Virus record (IMG/VR): IMGVR_UViG_3300017780_008441 | Span: 1 to 46,052 of that record | Origin: a virus | Taxonomy: Duplodnaviria; Caudoviricetes | Direction: 5' to 3' (one strand) | DNA: 46,052 nucleotides | Shown: positions 37,464 through 45,207 of the stretch, piece by piece | How positions within the stretch are numbered: position 1 is the first letter of the stretch | Layout: each line of letters starts with the position of its first letter | Notes under the pieces: model-generated | Database searches by the model: none | Told to the model about the DNA's origin: nothing | The model's input: the letters and a program-made list of their open reading frames with translations, nothing else | Translations under genes and position numbers: made by a program

Positions 37464-38720
37464 TCAAGCAATGATTTGCTCAATGGGTTGAGCTTCATAG
37501 ACAATTTCTACAGGTCGCATGTCAGGAGTCATGAGCCTTTTCCTAGGATCAATGCCCATGAGATGAAACATTGTAGCAGCCAACTGAGCTGGGGAAACTG
37601 GATCCGTTTCCGGTTCCGCTGCCAATGCATCACTGGTTCCATATGCAAAACCAGCCTTGGTTCCGCCTCCTGCCAACACAGTGGAAAACACACGTGGCCA
37701 GTGATCACGACCATTGGTGCCATTGATTTTAGGAGTTCTGCCAAATTCTGATGTAATCATAACCAATGTTGAATCCAGCAATCCTCTTTGTTTCAAATCA
37801 GTGATGAGCATTGCATATGCTTTATCAAAGTTGATCATGTTGGTTTCAAATGCGCTTTTGAGATTGCTGTGATGATCCCAACCACCATAAGTCACTGTCA
37901 CCATGCGTACACCTGCTTCCACCAGTCGGCGAGACAACAACAATCTTTGGCCAGCAGCATTTCTGCCATATGCATCACGCATCACATCAGTCTCTTTGCT
38001 CAATTCAAATGCTTCTCGTGCTTGTGTTGATGATAGCATGCTGTATGCATCATTGTAAAATGAGTCCATGGCCTTAACAGCATCCACATGTGATTCCTTG
38101 GTTTTGAAATAATCATCCACTGCTCCCAGCAATGATTTGCGGCGGCTCAACATTTCATCTGTTGAACCAGCAGGGGCGTTCAAGTCCTTTACGGAGAACG
38201 ATGGATCCTCTGGGTTTGCCCCCGTGGCAAATGGTCCGTAACGTGTTGATAGATATCCTGTGCCGTTCTCAGGAGCAAATTGATTTGGCACCAATACATA
38301 TGCTGGCAAATTGTTTCTGTTGCCCAATTGATGATTGATGACTGTACCAAAAGAAGGATATGCAAGTGCAGGAGAAGGTTTGTATCCTGTAAGCATATTA
38401 TGTACACCCCGTTCATGAGCTGCTTCACCATGAGTCATACTTCTAATGATGGTTAAATTGTCACTGATGTTGGCTGTGTTTTGCAGCAATGCACCAAAAT
38501 GTACATCAGCAATTTTGGTCTTGATGCCTGCAAATGGTCCACGATATTCAGTAGAACCATAAGGTTTGTAATCCCATGCATCTTGATGTGCAATGCCTCC
38601 AGGCAAGAAAATCTGAATTACAGAAGTTGCTTTGGCTTTTGTTGCTTGCTGACTGCGCAGCATAGTTGGCAATGAGATGCCAGCTGCTGCACCAATGCGG
38701 AGAATTTCTCTTCGGTTCAT
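37464..38720 (-). CDS. Second DUF1501 family protein with a Tat signal peptide
   Basis: MNRREILR signal, IFLPGGIAHQDAWDYKP, AHERG, YGRNAAGQRLLLSRRLVEAGVR, GWDHH, SEFGRTPKIN, GRDHWP, LAGGG. Confidence 0.92.
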   Translation of the reverse strand: MNRREILRIGAAAGISLPTMLRSQQATKAKATSVIQIFLPGGIAHQDAWDYKPYGSTEYRGPFAGIKTKIADVHFGALLQNTANISDNLTIIRSMTHGEAAHERGVHNMLTGYKPSPALAYPSFGTVINHQLGNRNNLPAYVLVPNQFAPENGTGYLSTRYGPFATGANPEDPSFSVKDLNAPAGSTDEMLSRRKSLLGAVDDYFKTKESHVDAVKAMDSFYNDAYSMLSSTQAREAFELSKETDVMRDAYGRNAAGQRLLLSRRLVEAGVRMVTVTYGGWDHHSNLKSAFETNMINFDKAYAMLITDLKQRGLLDSTLVMITSEFGRTPKINGTNGRDHWPRVFSTVLAGGGTKAGFAYGTSDALAAEPETDPVSPAQLAATMFHLMGIDPRKRLMTPDMRPVEIVYEAQPIEQIIA

Positions 38721-38746
38721 AACTGTATTTAATATACAACAGTGTT

Positions 38747-39181
38747 TTAGCTTTGCAACACTTTGATTGCATTCATCAACTCTTTGACAGATGCTTGCAA
38801 CATTTGCTGAGCCTTGATGGGTACAAACTGACCAATGAGAGACAATGCATTGAGCAAGTTTTGCATTTGTGGAGCCATTTGCTGCACCATTTGTGCATCA
38901 GAAGGAGCCAAATACAATGATGCAAATTGAGGAGAGCTGAAAATTTGATCAGCTTGTTGAAATGCTTGTGCTACTTGCGCTTGTTGTTGCTGCACTGCAG
39001 CTGCATCTGGATTTTGAGTCAAGGTATCCATGATGTTGTTCTTGCTGAAGTAGTTGATGAATGCATCAGTAGCAACCATGGCACGGTCCAATGCTGCTGT
39101 CCTTTGAGGTTCAGATGCTGCACTTTTGCGCAAATTTTGCAACACTTGCTCGTATCGTTCTATGATGTTGTAGTATCTCAT
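38747..39181 (-). CDS. Hypothetical Gln-rich helical protein
   Basis: 144 aa; ATGA overlap with the upstream gene. Confidence 0.75.
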   Translation of the reverse strand: MRYYNIIERYEQVLQNLRKSAASEPQRTAALDRAMVATDAFINYFSKNNIMDTLTQNPDAAAVQQQQAQVAQAFQQADQIFSSPQFASLYLAPSDAQMVQQMAPQMQNLLNALSLIGQFVPIKAQQMLQASVKELMNAIKVLQS

Positions 39182-39939
39182 TGCATTGTCAACGGTTTGA
39201 GTGTTGATATATTTTTGTAGTAATCTTTTCTGTAAAATGTTTCACCACCAATGTCCATGGCTGAGCCAGGAGCAGCATCATAACCACCACGCTTGACAGA
39301 TGCAGCTACAGAAGCAGAGCCAGCATCAGTAGCGCCTTTGGTAATATTGGACCCTTGCAATGCAGCATTGATGGATTGTTGCAATGCAGCTGCTCTTGTG
39401 GGTGTCATACTTCTTGCAGCTCTGTTGAATCCACCATCTGTATATGGCTGATAATATTTTGCATTGGAGATGACTTGATCTACAGACTTGCCAGTTGCTA
39501 GTGCTCTGTTGAATACTGTCTCAGCAAATGCTGCTTGAGATTGTGGATTGTTTGAACCTACTTCTGCAGCCATGAGAGTAGCAAATTTATTAGCTACAAC
39601 TGGGTTGCTCAATTCTTTTTGAAACTGTTGTCTCATTTCTCCAGCAGTTGCATTTGGTGCAAATGATGTTGATGCAGGAGATAATGTTGGAGCTGCTGCA
39701 GTGCTGCCTGATGCAGCAGGTGTTCTACCTTGAGATCTTGCAACTGCAGCAGTATCTACTCTTCCGCTAGCATCTTTAAATTGGTTTGCGCCAGGTACAT
39801 TGACATTTATTTCAGGTGCAACATCAACAACTTGCTTTTGCATTGTTGGAGTGTATACACCTGGAATAGCAGGCAATGAAACAGCTTCTGCCAGCTGCAA
39901 ATGTAGTTCTGCTTGTTGCACCAATTGTTGCCAATTCAT
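39178..39939 (-). CDS. Protein with a C-terminal SleB/Hydrolase_2-like cell-wall hydrolase domain
   Basis: LMAAEVG (catalytic Glu), QAAFAETVFNRA, SVDQVI..YYQP, NITKGAT, IGGETFY; TATAAATA at 39945-39952. Confidence 0.65.
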   Translation of the reverse strand: MNWQQLVQQAELHLQLAEAVSLPAIPGVYTPTMQKQVVDVAPEINVNVPGANQFKDASGRVDTAAVARSQGRTPAASGSTAAAPTLSPASTSFAPNATAGEMRQQFQKELSNPVVANKFATLMAAEVGSNNPQSQAAFAETVFNRALATGKSVDQVISNAKYYQPYTDGGFNRAARSMTPTRAAALQQSINAALQGSNITKGATDAGSASVAASVKRGGYDAAPGSAMDIGGETFYRKDYYKNISTLKPLTMQ

Positions 39940-39957
39940 GCTGTTATTTATAGCAGA

Positions 39958-40593
39958 TTACCTGTTGAAAAAGCCACCTTTGCTAAACAATGGCTTGATG
40001 CTTGATTTAGGCTTGTCACTTGGCAGCTGCGCGCCTGTTGAACCATATGTTCGCATTTCTCTATCTGGACTTTTGAATCTGCTGAAGAATGAACGTTTAG
40101 TTGGTTCAGCAGCAGGTGCAGAGACAGACTTGGGCATTGTGTTTACGCTGGGTTTGCTTGTTGCTGATTTAATGCGTTCAGGCCCTTTATCATCAAGAGG
40201 AGTTGGTGGAAATACATCACCATCACCAAACGCAGTTGGTATTGCACCCAACCCAGCTCCTAAAGCTCCAGCAGCAGCGATTTTTCTTAATTTTGGTAAT
40301 CTTGGAGTAATTTTTGCAGCATCAATGTCTATTACCTTTTTGGGTACAGATTTAGTTGTAGTTAATGATCTATTTGGTGGTATAATTTCATCAATTTCTG
40401 TTACTTTTCTGGTGGACGGTGTGGTCAATGATCTGCTTGGAAGTGATAATTGCTTTGTTGGTACACTTGGTGCACCACCCATTAAGCGTTTAATACCTTG
40501 TGCACCAGATACAACAAGATCACCAATGCCTTCATTTGCAATCTTTGTAGCATACTTTTCAAAAATTAATTCATTATCCTGAGAGTTGTTCAT
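39958..40593 (-). CDS. Hypothetical low-complexity late protein with a Gly/Ala hydrophobic patch
   Basis: Likely start MNNSQDNELIFEKY; KIAAAGALGAGLGAIP; ATAAATA at 40599-40605. Confidence 0.7.
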   Translation of the reverse strand: MNNSQDNELIFEKYATKIANEGIGDLVVSGAQGIKRLMGGAPSVPTKQLSLPSRSLTTPSTRKVTEIDEIIPPNRSLTTTKSVPKKVIDIDAAKITPRLPKLRKIAAAGALGAGLGAIPTAFGDGDVFPPTPLDDKGPERIKSATSKPSVNTMPKSVSAPAAEPTKRSFFSRFKSPDREMRTYGSTGAQLPSDKPKSSIKPLFSKGGFFNR

Positions 40594-40597
40594 ACGT

Positions 40598-42004
40598 TTA
40601 TTTATGCATGCTGTGATGCAAGTAGTCAATTAATGCATTGAAATTATCAGCCAACATGCCAGCAGCTTTAGCCTTTTGTTGAGCTTTTGGTGTCAATGCA
40701 GAGCCTTGTTTGGCACCAAAGTAACTTTTAGCAGCATCCCATATGGAGCTGCCTGTCTCTGCAGCTTTGACACCACTGCGTGCAATAGTTTCAACTGGAT
40801 TTACTGCAGCATCATATGCTGTTTGTGCTGCCATTTGCCCATATTTGCCTTGATCAACTAAATCAATGTCTCTTTGATTTTTTGATTGCAAGTTTTGTTT
40901 AAATGCTTTTGGGTCTTTAGAGTAATTATATGCCATCATGGCTGGTTCGATTGCTAGTGCAGCTCCACCTAATAATTTACTTCCCAATTTGCCTGCTGCA
41001 GCTGGCGCAGCTTTGCCTGCTGCTTTGTTTGCTAAACTCTGAACACCTTGTATTTGTGCTGGTACATCCATTAAACCTGCAGCAGTATTAATTCCAGCTG
41101 CAACAGGTGATGCTTGAAATTCTTGTGCAACGGTTTTTGCTGCAGGTGCAGCTGTTGCAGGTGCAGCTGTTGCAGGTGCAGCTGTTGCAGGAGCAGGTGC
41201 AGCTGTTGTACCAGCAGCTGGCTGAGCTTGTGCAGGTGCAGGTTTAGCTGCTGATGCAGGTTTATTATTCATAGCGCTGTAGATGTTTTGAGCATTGAGC
41301 GTTTTGCCTTGACTCTGTAAATCCTGAATAACCTTCATTTTGCCAGCATCCATGGTGCTGCCTGCATTGTATGCACCTGCTTTACTACCAGCCATATATT
41401 TGTTGAAAGCAGCAACAGCACCTTGATTAGGTTTATTATTAACTGTTGCTGGTGCAGCAGTTGGTGCTGGTGCAGCAGTTGGTGCTGGTGCAGCAGTTGG
41501 TGCTGGTGCAGCAGTTGGTGCTGGTGCAGCAGTTGGTGCTGGTGCACCTCTTGGCGGTGCTGCTAGTGCGCCTCTTGGTGCTGATGCAGCAGTTGGTGCT
41601 GATGCAGCAGGTGCAAGGGGAGATGCTCTGGTTATAGTAGAACTACCTGTGGCTGTATTTACAGATTTAACAGCATTTCTAGATGTAGAAGTGGATCCAG
41701 GAGCAACATTGTTTTGCTGTGTTTGTGTGTTGTTTGTATTTGTTTTATTAAATTGTGTTCTGGTTGGTGCTGGAGGGGTGGATGACCAACTAGTATCACT
41801 GATCTGCGGCTTTTGGTTTTGAAATGCTGCTTCTTCATCTGGTGTAGTTTGTTGTTGCGCATCACGCATGCGCAGAATATCTTCTCCGCGTTGCTTCAAC
41901 ATTCCTGCTTGACCAATTCCAGGTTCATTTGAATATGTAGGTCTTACAGCTTCCAAAATAGAATGTTCATACAGTGCCCAAATTTTATTACTTTCAGTCG
42001 ACAT
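40598..42004 (-). CDS. Ala/Pro-rich late protein, probable ejected/internal protein
   Basis: 468 aa; PTAAPA and PATAA repeats; GKLGSKLLGGAALAI. Confidence 0.8.
   Translation of the reverse strand: MSTESNKIWALYEHSILEAVRPTYSNEPGIGQAGMLKQRGEDILRMRDAQQQTTPDEEAAFQNQKPQISDTSWSSTPPAPTRTQFNKTNTNNTQTQQNNVAPGSTSTSRNAVKSVNTATGSSTITRASPLAPAASAPTAASAPRGALAAPPRGAPAPTAAPAPTAAPAPTAAPAPTAAPAPTAAPATVNNKPNQGAVAAFNKYMAGSKAGAYNAGSTMDAGKMKVIQDLQSQGKTLNAQNIYSAMNNKPASAAKPAPAQAQPAAGTTAAPAPATAAPATAAPATAAPAAKTVAQEFQASPVAAGINTAAGLMDVPAQIQGVQSLANKAAGKAAPAAAGKLGSKLLGGAALAIEPAMMAYNYSKDPKAFKQNLQSKNQRDIDLVDQGKYGQMAAQTAYDAAVNPVETIARSGVKAAETGSSIWDAAKSYFGAKQGSALTPKAQQKAKAAGMLADNFNALIDYLHHSMHK
41447..41546. repeat. 18-bp coding tandem repeat x5.5 (PTAAPA)
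   Basis: TGCTGGTGCAGCAGTTGG x5 plus a partial copy; a related 15-bp repeat lies at about 41140-41208. Confidence 0.9.
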
Positions 42005-42008
42005 ATGG

Positions 42009-42389
42009 TTATTTAAGTAATTGGTGCTGCAAAGAGTCGACTACATTGTTGAAATTGTCTTGCAGCGTTGTTTTTGGACGAGCTATATTGATGCATCTGT
42101 GATGTTTTTGTTGTTCTTCTTGTTCTTCTTGTTCTTGTTGCTCATCTTGCACCAGTTGTTCATCTTGTGATACAACAGATGGTGCAGGTGCAGCAGTCAT
42201 TTGTGGCTGTGCGCGGACAATGGTTTGTGGTTGTGGCATCACTTGCACATTGACTTGTGGTGCAGCTTGTGGCTTTTGAGCTGCAGCATTCAACTGTGTT
42301 GCTTTTTTGTCATTGCTGGTGGGTTGATATTGTGGAGGCTGTGCAGCAGACTGTTCATACAAAGTCCAAATTTCATTGCAATCATTCAT
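42009..42389 (-). CDS. Gln/Pro-rich late protein
   Basis: Likely start MNDCNEIWTLYEQ behind TATAAATA at 42395-42402. Confidence 0.75.
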   Translation of the reverse strand: MNDCNEIWTLYEQSAAQPPQYQPTSNDKKATQLNAAAQKPQAAPQVNVQVMPQPQTIVRAQPQMTAAPAPSVVSQDEQLVQDEQQEQEEQEEQQKHHRCINIARPKTTLQDNFNNVVDSLQHQLLK

Positions 42390-42394
42390 GTGTA

Positions 42395-42418
42395 TATTTA
42401 TACATGTGTTTATAAATA
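42395..42418. promoter_or_regulatory. Back-to-back divergent T4-type late promoters
   Basis: TATTTATA (42395-42402, - strand promoter) and TATAAATA (42411-42418, + strand). Confidence 0.8.
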
Positions 42419-42429
42419 AATGACACAGC

Positions 42430-42789
42430 ATGCATTTTACCAAACCAACTGCCAAGTCATACATTTATGATGCTCATTTGTCTCAACAAGAGATGTTGCA
42501 ACTGTTGATGCGCAACATGTCAAATGCTGTTGCAGATTTTAAACCATACAATACCAAACAATGGAACATCAACAGGTTGGAAATGGTGGAAGCTTTTCAT
42601 CGCGCCATTGCATGCATTTTTATGATGCAGCCTTTGCCTCCTGATGCTGCCAGCATGGTAGAAATGTCTTATGAGACACCTGTGTACCGGGAATTGAGTG
42701 CAACACATGGCAAAGGCAATATAATCAATCAAGTGTATATACATGATGAACATGATGAACAAATCAACAGCACACCACAACGCATATAA
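42430..42789 (+). CDS. Hypothetical protein
   Basis: 119 aa ORF behind a late promoter. Confidence 0.65.
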   Translation: MHFTKPTAKSYIYDAHLSQQEMLQLLMRNMSNAVADFKPYNTKQWNINRLEMVEAFHRAIACIFMMQPLPPDAASMVEMSYETPVYRELSATHGKGNIINQVYIHDEHDEQINSTPQRI

Positions 42790-42798
42790 ATACAACAT

Positions 42799-43101
42799 AT
42801 GACTCAAGTACCAGTTGACGAAGCTTTGCGCACCATGGTGTATGCATTCAATGATGCAGTGGAAGCTGTGTATGATGAAGCTCAGTACATGCTAGATTTT
42901 GATGCCACCATGCGTATGCAACATCACTTGGCATTGTTGGCTGGTGCATTGGAGACTGTGATACACATATTGTTGTATCCTTTGAATCCTAGATTGGACA
43001 TGAGTGATCGCAGCATGCAGCAAGCTGAAAACTACTTGGGTCAATATGATGATAGTGGCATAGCCATTGTGTACCCCAGTGGTGAAGAAATGATGTTTTG
43101 A
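42799..43101 (+). CDS. Hypothetical protein
   Basis: 100 aa ORF; TATAAATA at 42785-42792. Confidence 0.65.
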   Translation: MTQVPVDEALRTMVYAFNDAVEAVYDEAQYMLDFDATMRMQHHLALLAGALETVIHILLYPLNPRLDMSDRSMQQAENYLGQYDDSGIAIVYPSGEEMMF

Positions 43102-43105
43102 TGCA

Positions 43106-43249
43106 CTATTGCATGATGTCATCCAGCATGCTCTGAATCTCACTCAACAGTGCAGCTGTTTCTTGTTCTTGCAATTGTTCATTGGTCATGCACTCTGCAA
43201 CAGTGGTCAAGTGATCCAAACATTTTTCCAAACATGTGATGATGCTCAT
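43106..43249 (-). CDS. 47-aa acidic helical protein (missed by the ORF track)
   Basis: MSIITCLEKCLDHLTTVAECMTNEQLQEQETAALLSEIQSMLDDIMQ*; TAAATA at 43256-43261. Confidence 0.6.
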   Translation of the reverse strand: MSIITCLEKCLDHLTTVAECMTNEQLQEQETAALLSEIQSMLDDIMQ

Positions 43250-43318
43250 TGTTTGTATTTAGATCTGCATGATGATGATTTTGCAGAAAAATGCATCAAG
43301 TGTTGATCATGTGTTGCA

Positions 43319-43501
43319 TCAAAGCTCAATGTAATCAATTATGATGCGACAATATGTAACCACTCGACGCACATTGAAATCAAATGCATGTGCAGGTGCA
43401 TTCTGCTGCATGCTGTACATCAATGCAGCGCGAGCTGCAGCTGTTGCTTGTTGTGCATATGCATGCATCTGTGACTTTGGATTGTGTTTATGTTTGTTCA
43501 T
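43319..43501 (-). CDS. Short paralog-family protein
   Basis: Likely start MNKHKH (ATGA overlap); AALMYS...N...C motif. Confidence 0.5.
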   Translation of the reverse strand: MNKHKHNPKSQMHAYAQQATAAARAALMYSMQQNAPAHAFDFNVRRVVTYCRIIIDYIEL

Positions 43502-43686
43502 GGCAGCACAATACGAATCATGGCACGGCAATGCAGAATCATTAGGTTGATGCAATGCGTGAGGTTTTTTTGATTGACAGTGTTGGAGGCAGCAGATGCA
43601 TCAATTCGGCTAGCATACATGATGGCCAACTTTGCTTTGCCTAGTACAAGTTGCGCTGTCTCAGACAGCAGATGATTGATTTTCAT
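43498..43686 (-). CDS. Short paralog-family protein
   Basis: LAIMYASRI...NLTHCINL. Confidence 0.55.
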   Translation of the reverse strand: MKINHLLSETAQLVLGKAKLAIMYASRIDASAASNTVNQKNLTHCINLMILHCRAMIRIVLP

Positions 43687-43689
43687 AAT

Positions 43690-43785
43690 TCAAATGAACA
43701 TGTTGGTGAGACTGTGCCACAATGACAGTGCTGCAACATTGGTCAAGTGTTCCAAACATTTTTCCAAACATGTGATGATGCTCAT
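43690..43785 (-). CDS. 31-aa chimeric ORF (5' part from 43106-43249, 3' part from 44249-44497)
   Basis: MSIITCLEKCLEHLTNV-AALSLWHSLTNMFI*; near-identical DNA to both parents; own TAAATA at 43792-43797. Confidence 0.55.
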   Translation of the reverse strand: MSIITCLEKCLEHLTNVAALSLWHSLTNMFI

Positions 43786-43841
43786 TTGTGATATTTAGAT
43801 CCATGGTGCATTGATTTTGCATAAAATGTACAATGAACAAG

Positions 43842-44045
43842 TCATTGCATGCGCACCATGGTCTTGACCATCAGCACGCAATTGTCAATGCAATTGGAAA
43901 TGTTCAAATGAATGCTGCGATGTGTTGCATCATTGGCTGTGGATTTGAATCTCAACCTTTTGACAAAAATGTTGGCATTGTATGCTGATGTATGAGCATG
44001 TTGAACCATGGCGTTGACATCATAGAGTTTATCTGAGTTGTTCAT
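43842..44045 (-). CDS. Short paralog-family protein
   Basis: ANIFVKRL...NISNCIDN; ATGA overlap. Confidence 0.55.
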   Translation of the reverse strand: MNNSDKLYDVNAMVQHAHTSAYNANIFVKRLRFKSTANDATHRSIHLNISNCIDNCVLMVKTMVRMQ

Positions 44046-44245
44046 AGCAGTATGCGAATGATGTCATGGCTATGACGAACAATTTGGCTGATGCAAAACT
44101 TGATGTTTTTTTCACTTGCATAATTGACATCGGCATTGGATGCACCCATGCGACGCGCATAAAGAAATACTTTGATGGCATAGTCATATACGAATTGCGA
44201 TGATTCACGCAGCTCCTTCTGCATTTGTTTTTTGACGTTTTTCAT
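44042..44245 (-). CDS. Short paralog-family protein
   Basis: VFLYARRM...NIKFCISQ...DIIRILL. Confidence 0.6.
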   Translation of the reverse strand: MKNVKKQMQKELRESSQFVYDYAIKVFLYARRMGASNADVNYASEKNIKFCISQIVRHSHDIIRILL

Positions 44246-44248
44246 AAT

Positions 44249-44497
44249 TCAGATGAACATGTTGGTGAGGCTGTGCCACAATGACAGTGCTGCATCAATG
44301 GCCAGCCGACACTGACGGTAATTCCTTTGAGACACTTGTTGAGGACTCTGTGCACCTGTGGATGCAACATTGGGCTGCATGCTAAGTAGCGAATGAAGGC
44401 GATGGGCATACCATGCAGCTGTTTTAAAATTTTCAGTCATGTCTTGTGCAGCTTTGTTGAAATGTTGCAATTGTTTGTTTTGCATAAGATGGTTCAT
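44249..44497 (-). CDS. Short paralog-family protein
   Basis: KQLQHFNKAA...AAWYAHRL...NYRQCRLAIDA. Confidence 0.65.
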   Translation of the reverse strand: MNHLMQNKQLQHFNKAAQDMTENFKTAAWYAHRLHSLLSMQPNVASTGAQSPQQVSQRNYRQCRLAIDAALSLWHSLTNMFI

Positions 44498-44757
44498 AAT
44501 GATGCTGTTAATATTCTGATGATGTCCAGCAATTCATGCATTGATGCTTCAATGGTGTATTTGCATTCGCTGTAATTCCATGCAGCCAGTTTCTCTTGAG
44601 TGGAGTAGTTGCTTTGTGCAGATGATTTGAAATTGGTGTCTGCCAGTATATCATTGCCACGTTGAGCATAAAACAGTGCTGCCTTGTATATACGAGTAAT
44701 ATAGTCAGCTGCTGCATTGATGTGATTCAATTGTTTGTAATGCATCTTTTTGTTCAT
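44494..44757 (-). CDS. Short paralog-family protein
   Basis: KQLNHINAAA...ALFYAQRG...NYSECKYTIEA...DIIRIL; TAAATA at 44767-44772. Confidence 0.65.
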   Translation of the reverse strand: MNKKMHYKQLNHINAAADYITRIYKAALFYAQRGNDILADTNFKSSAQSNYSTQEKLAAWNYSECKYTIEASMHELLDIIRILTASL

Positions 44758-44868
44758 GCTTGCATGTATTTAAGCAGCAGCTGATGTATGAATTCTGCAT
44801 TTTTTGTGCAAAAAAATTTTCTCCTGGATTCAGAGGTTGTGAACCCTGTATAGGATGCTGCAATTGCG

Positions 44869-44952
44869 AAACCTATATGGAATTTGCAGTGCATGGAAAA
44901 CCTATACAACAAATTGCAGTGCATGGAAAACCTATACAACAAATTGCAGTGC
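44869..44952. repeat. Non-coding 30-bp tandem repeat (about 2.8 copies) flanked by A/T tracts
   Basis: TTGCAGTGCATGGAAAACCTATACAACAAA at 44884-44913 and 44914-44943, with partial/degenerate copies on both sides. Confidence 0.85.
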
Positions 44953-45207
44953 GAGCGCTAAAAAAATTTGGCATGCGTTTTTTTCTAACTTCTCTACGCT
45001 GTGTCTATATGGTGAAAATTCACGACAACGTCTCAATCATCTGCTGCATCAGCTGGCACCACACACTGCATCAGATGCACGCACGCCTGCACTACACTCT
45101 TGCAATGAAACTCAACCCACAGTACATTATGCCACTGATGCACACATGATGGGACATGCTTGGCGTGCCATTGCATACCATGCTCATGATGTGATGCAGT
45201 GAGCTTG

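Noticed and set aside
32639-38720. Host chromosomal contamination or prophage boundary at the DUF1501 genes
   Set aside because: The genes have phage late-promoter cores and the same low-CpG composition, and are interleaved with phage genes; no integrase or att site is seen. Read-level confirmation is still advisable.
39800-40582. 260-aa plus-strand ORF (and similar shadow ORFs such as 25710-26396, 22011-22475, 30381-31415)
   Set aside because: Antisense shadows of well-supported minus-strand genes that have promoters and family motifs.
44869-44952. Mini-CRISPR array
   Set aside because: The 30-bp units are directly adjacent with no unique spacers, and there are no cas genes in the window.
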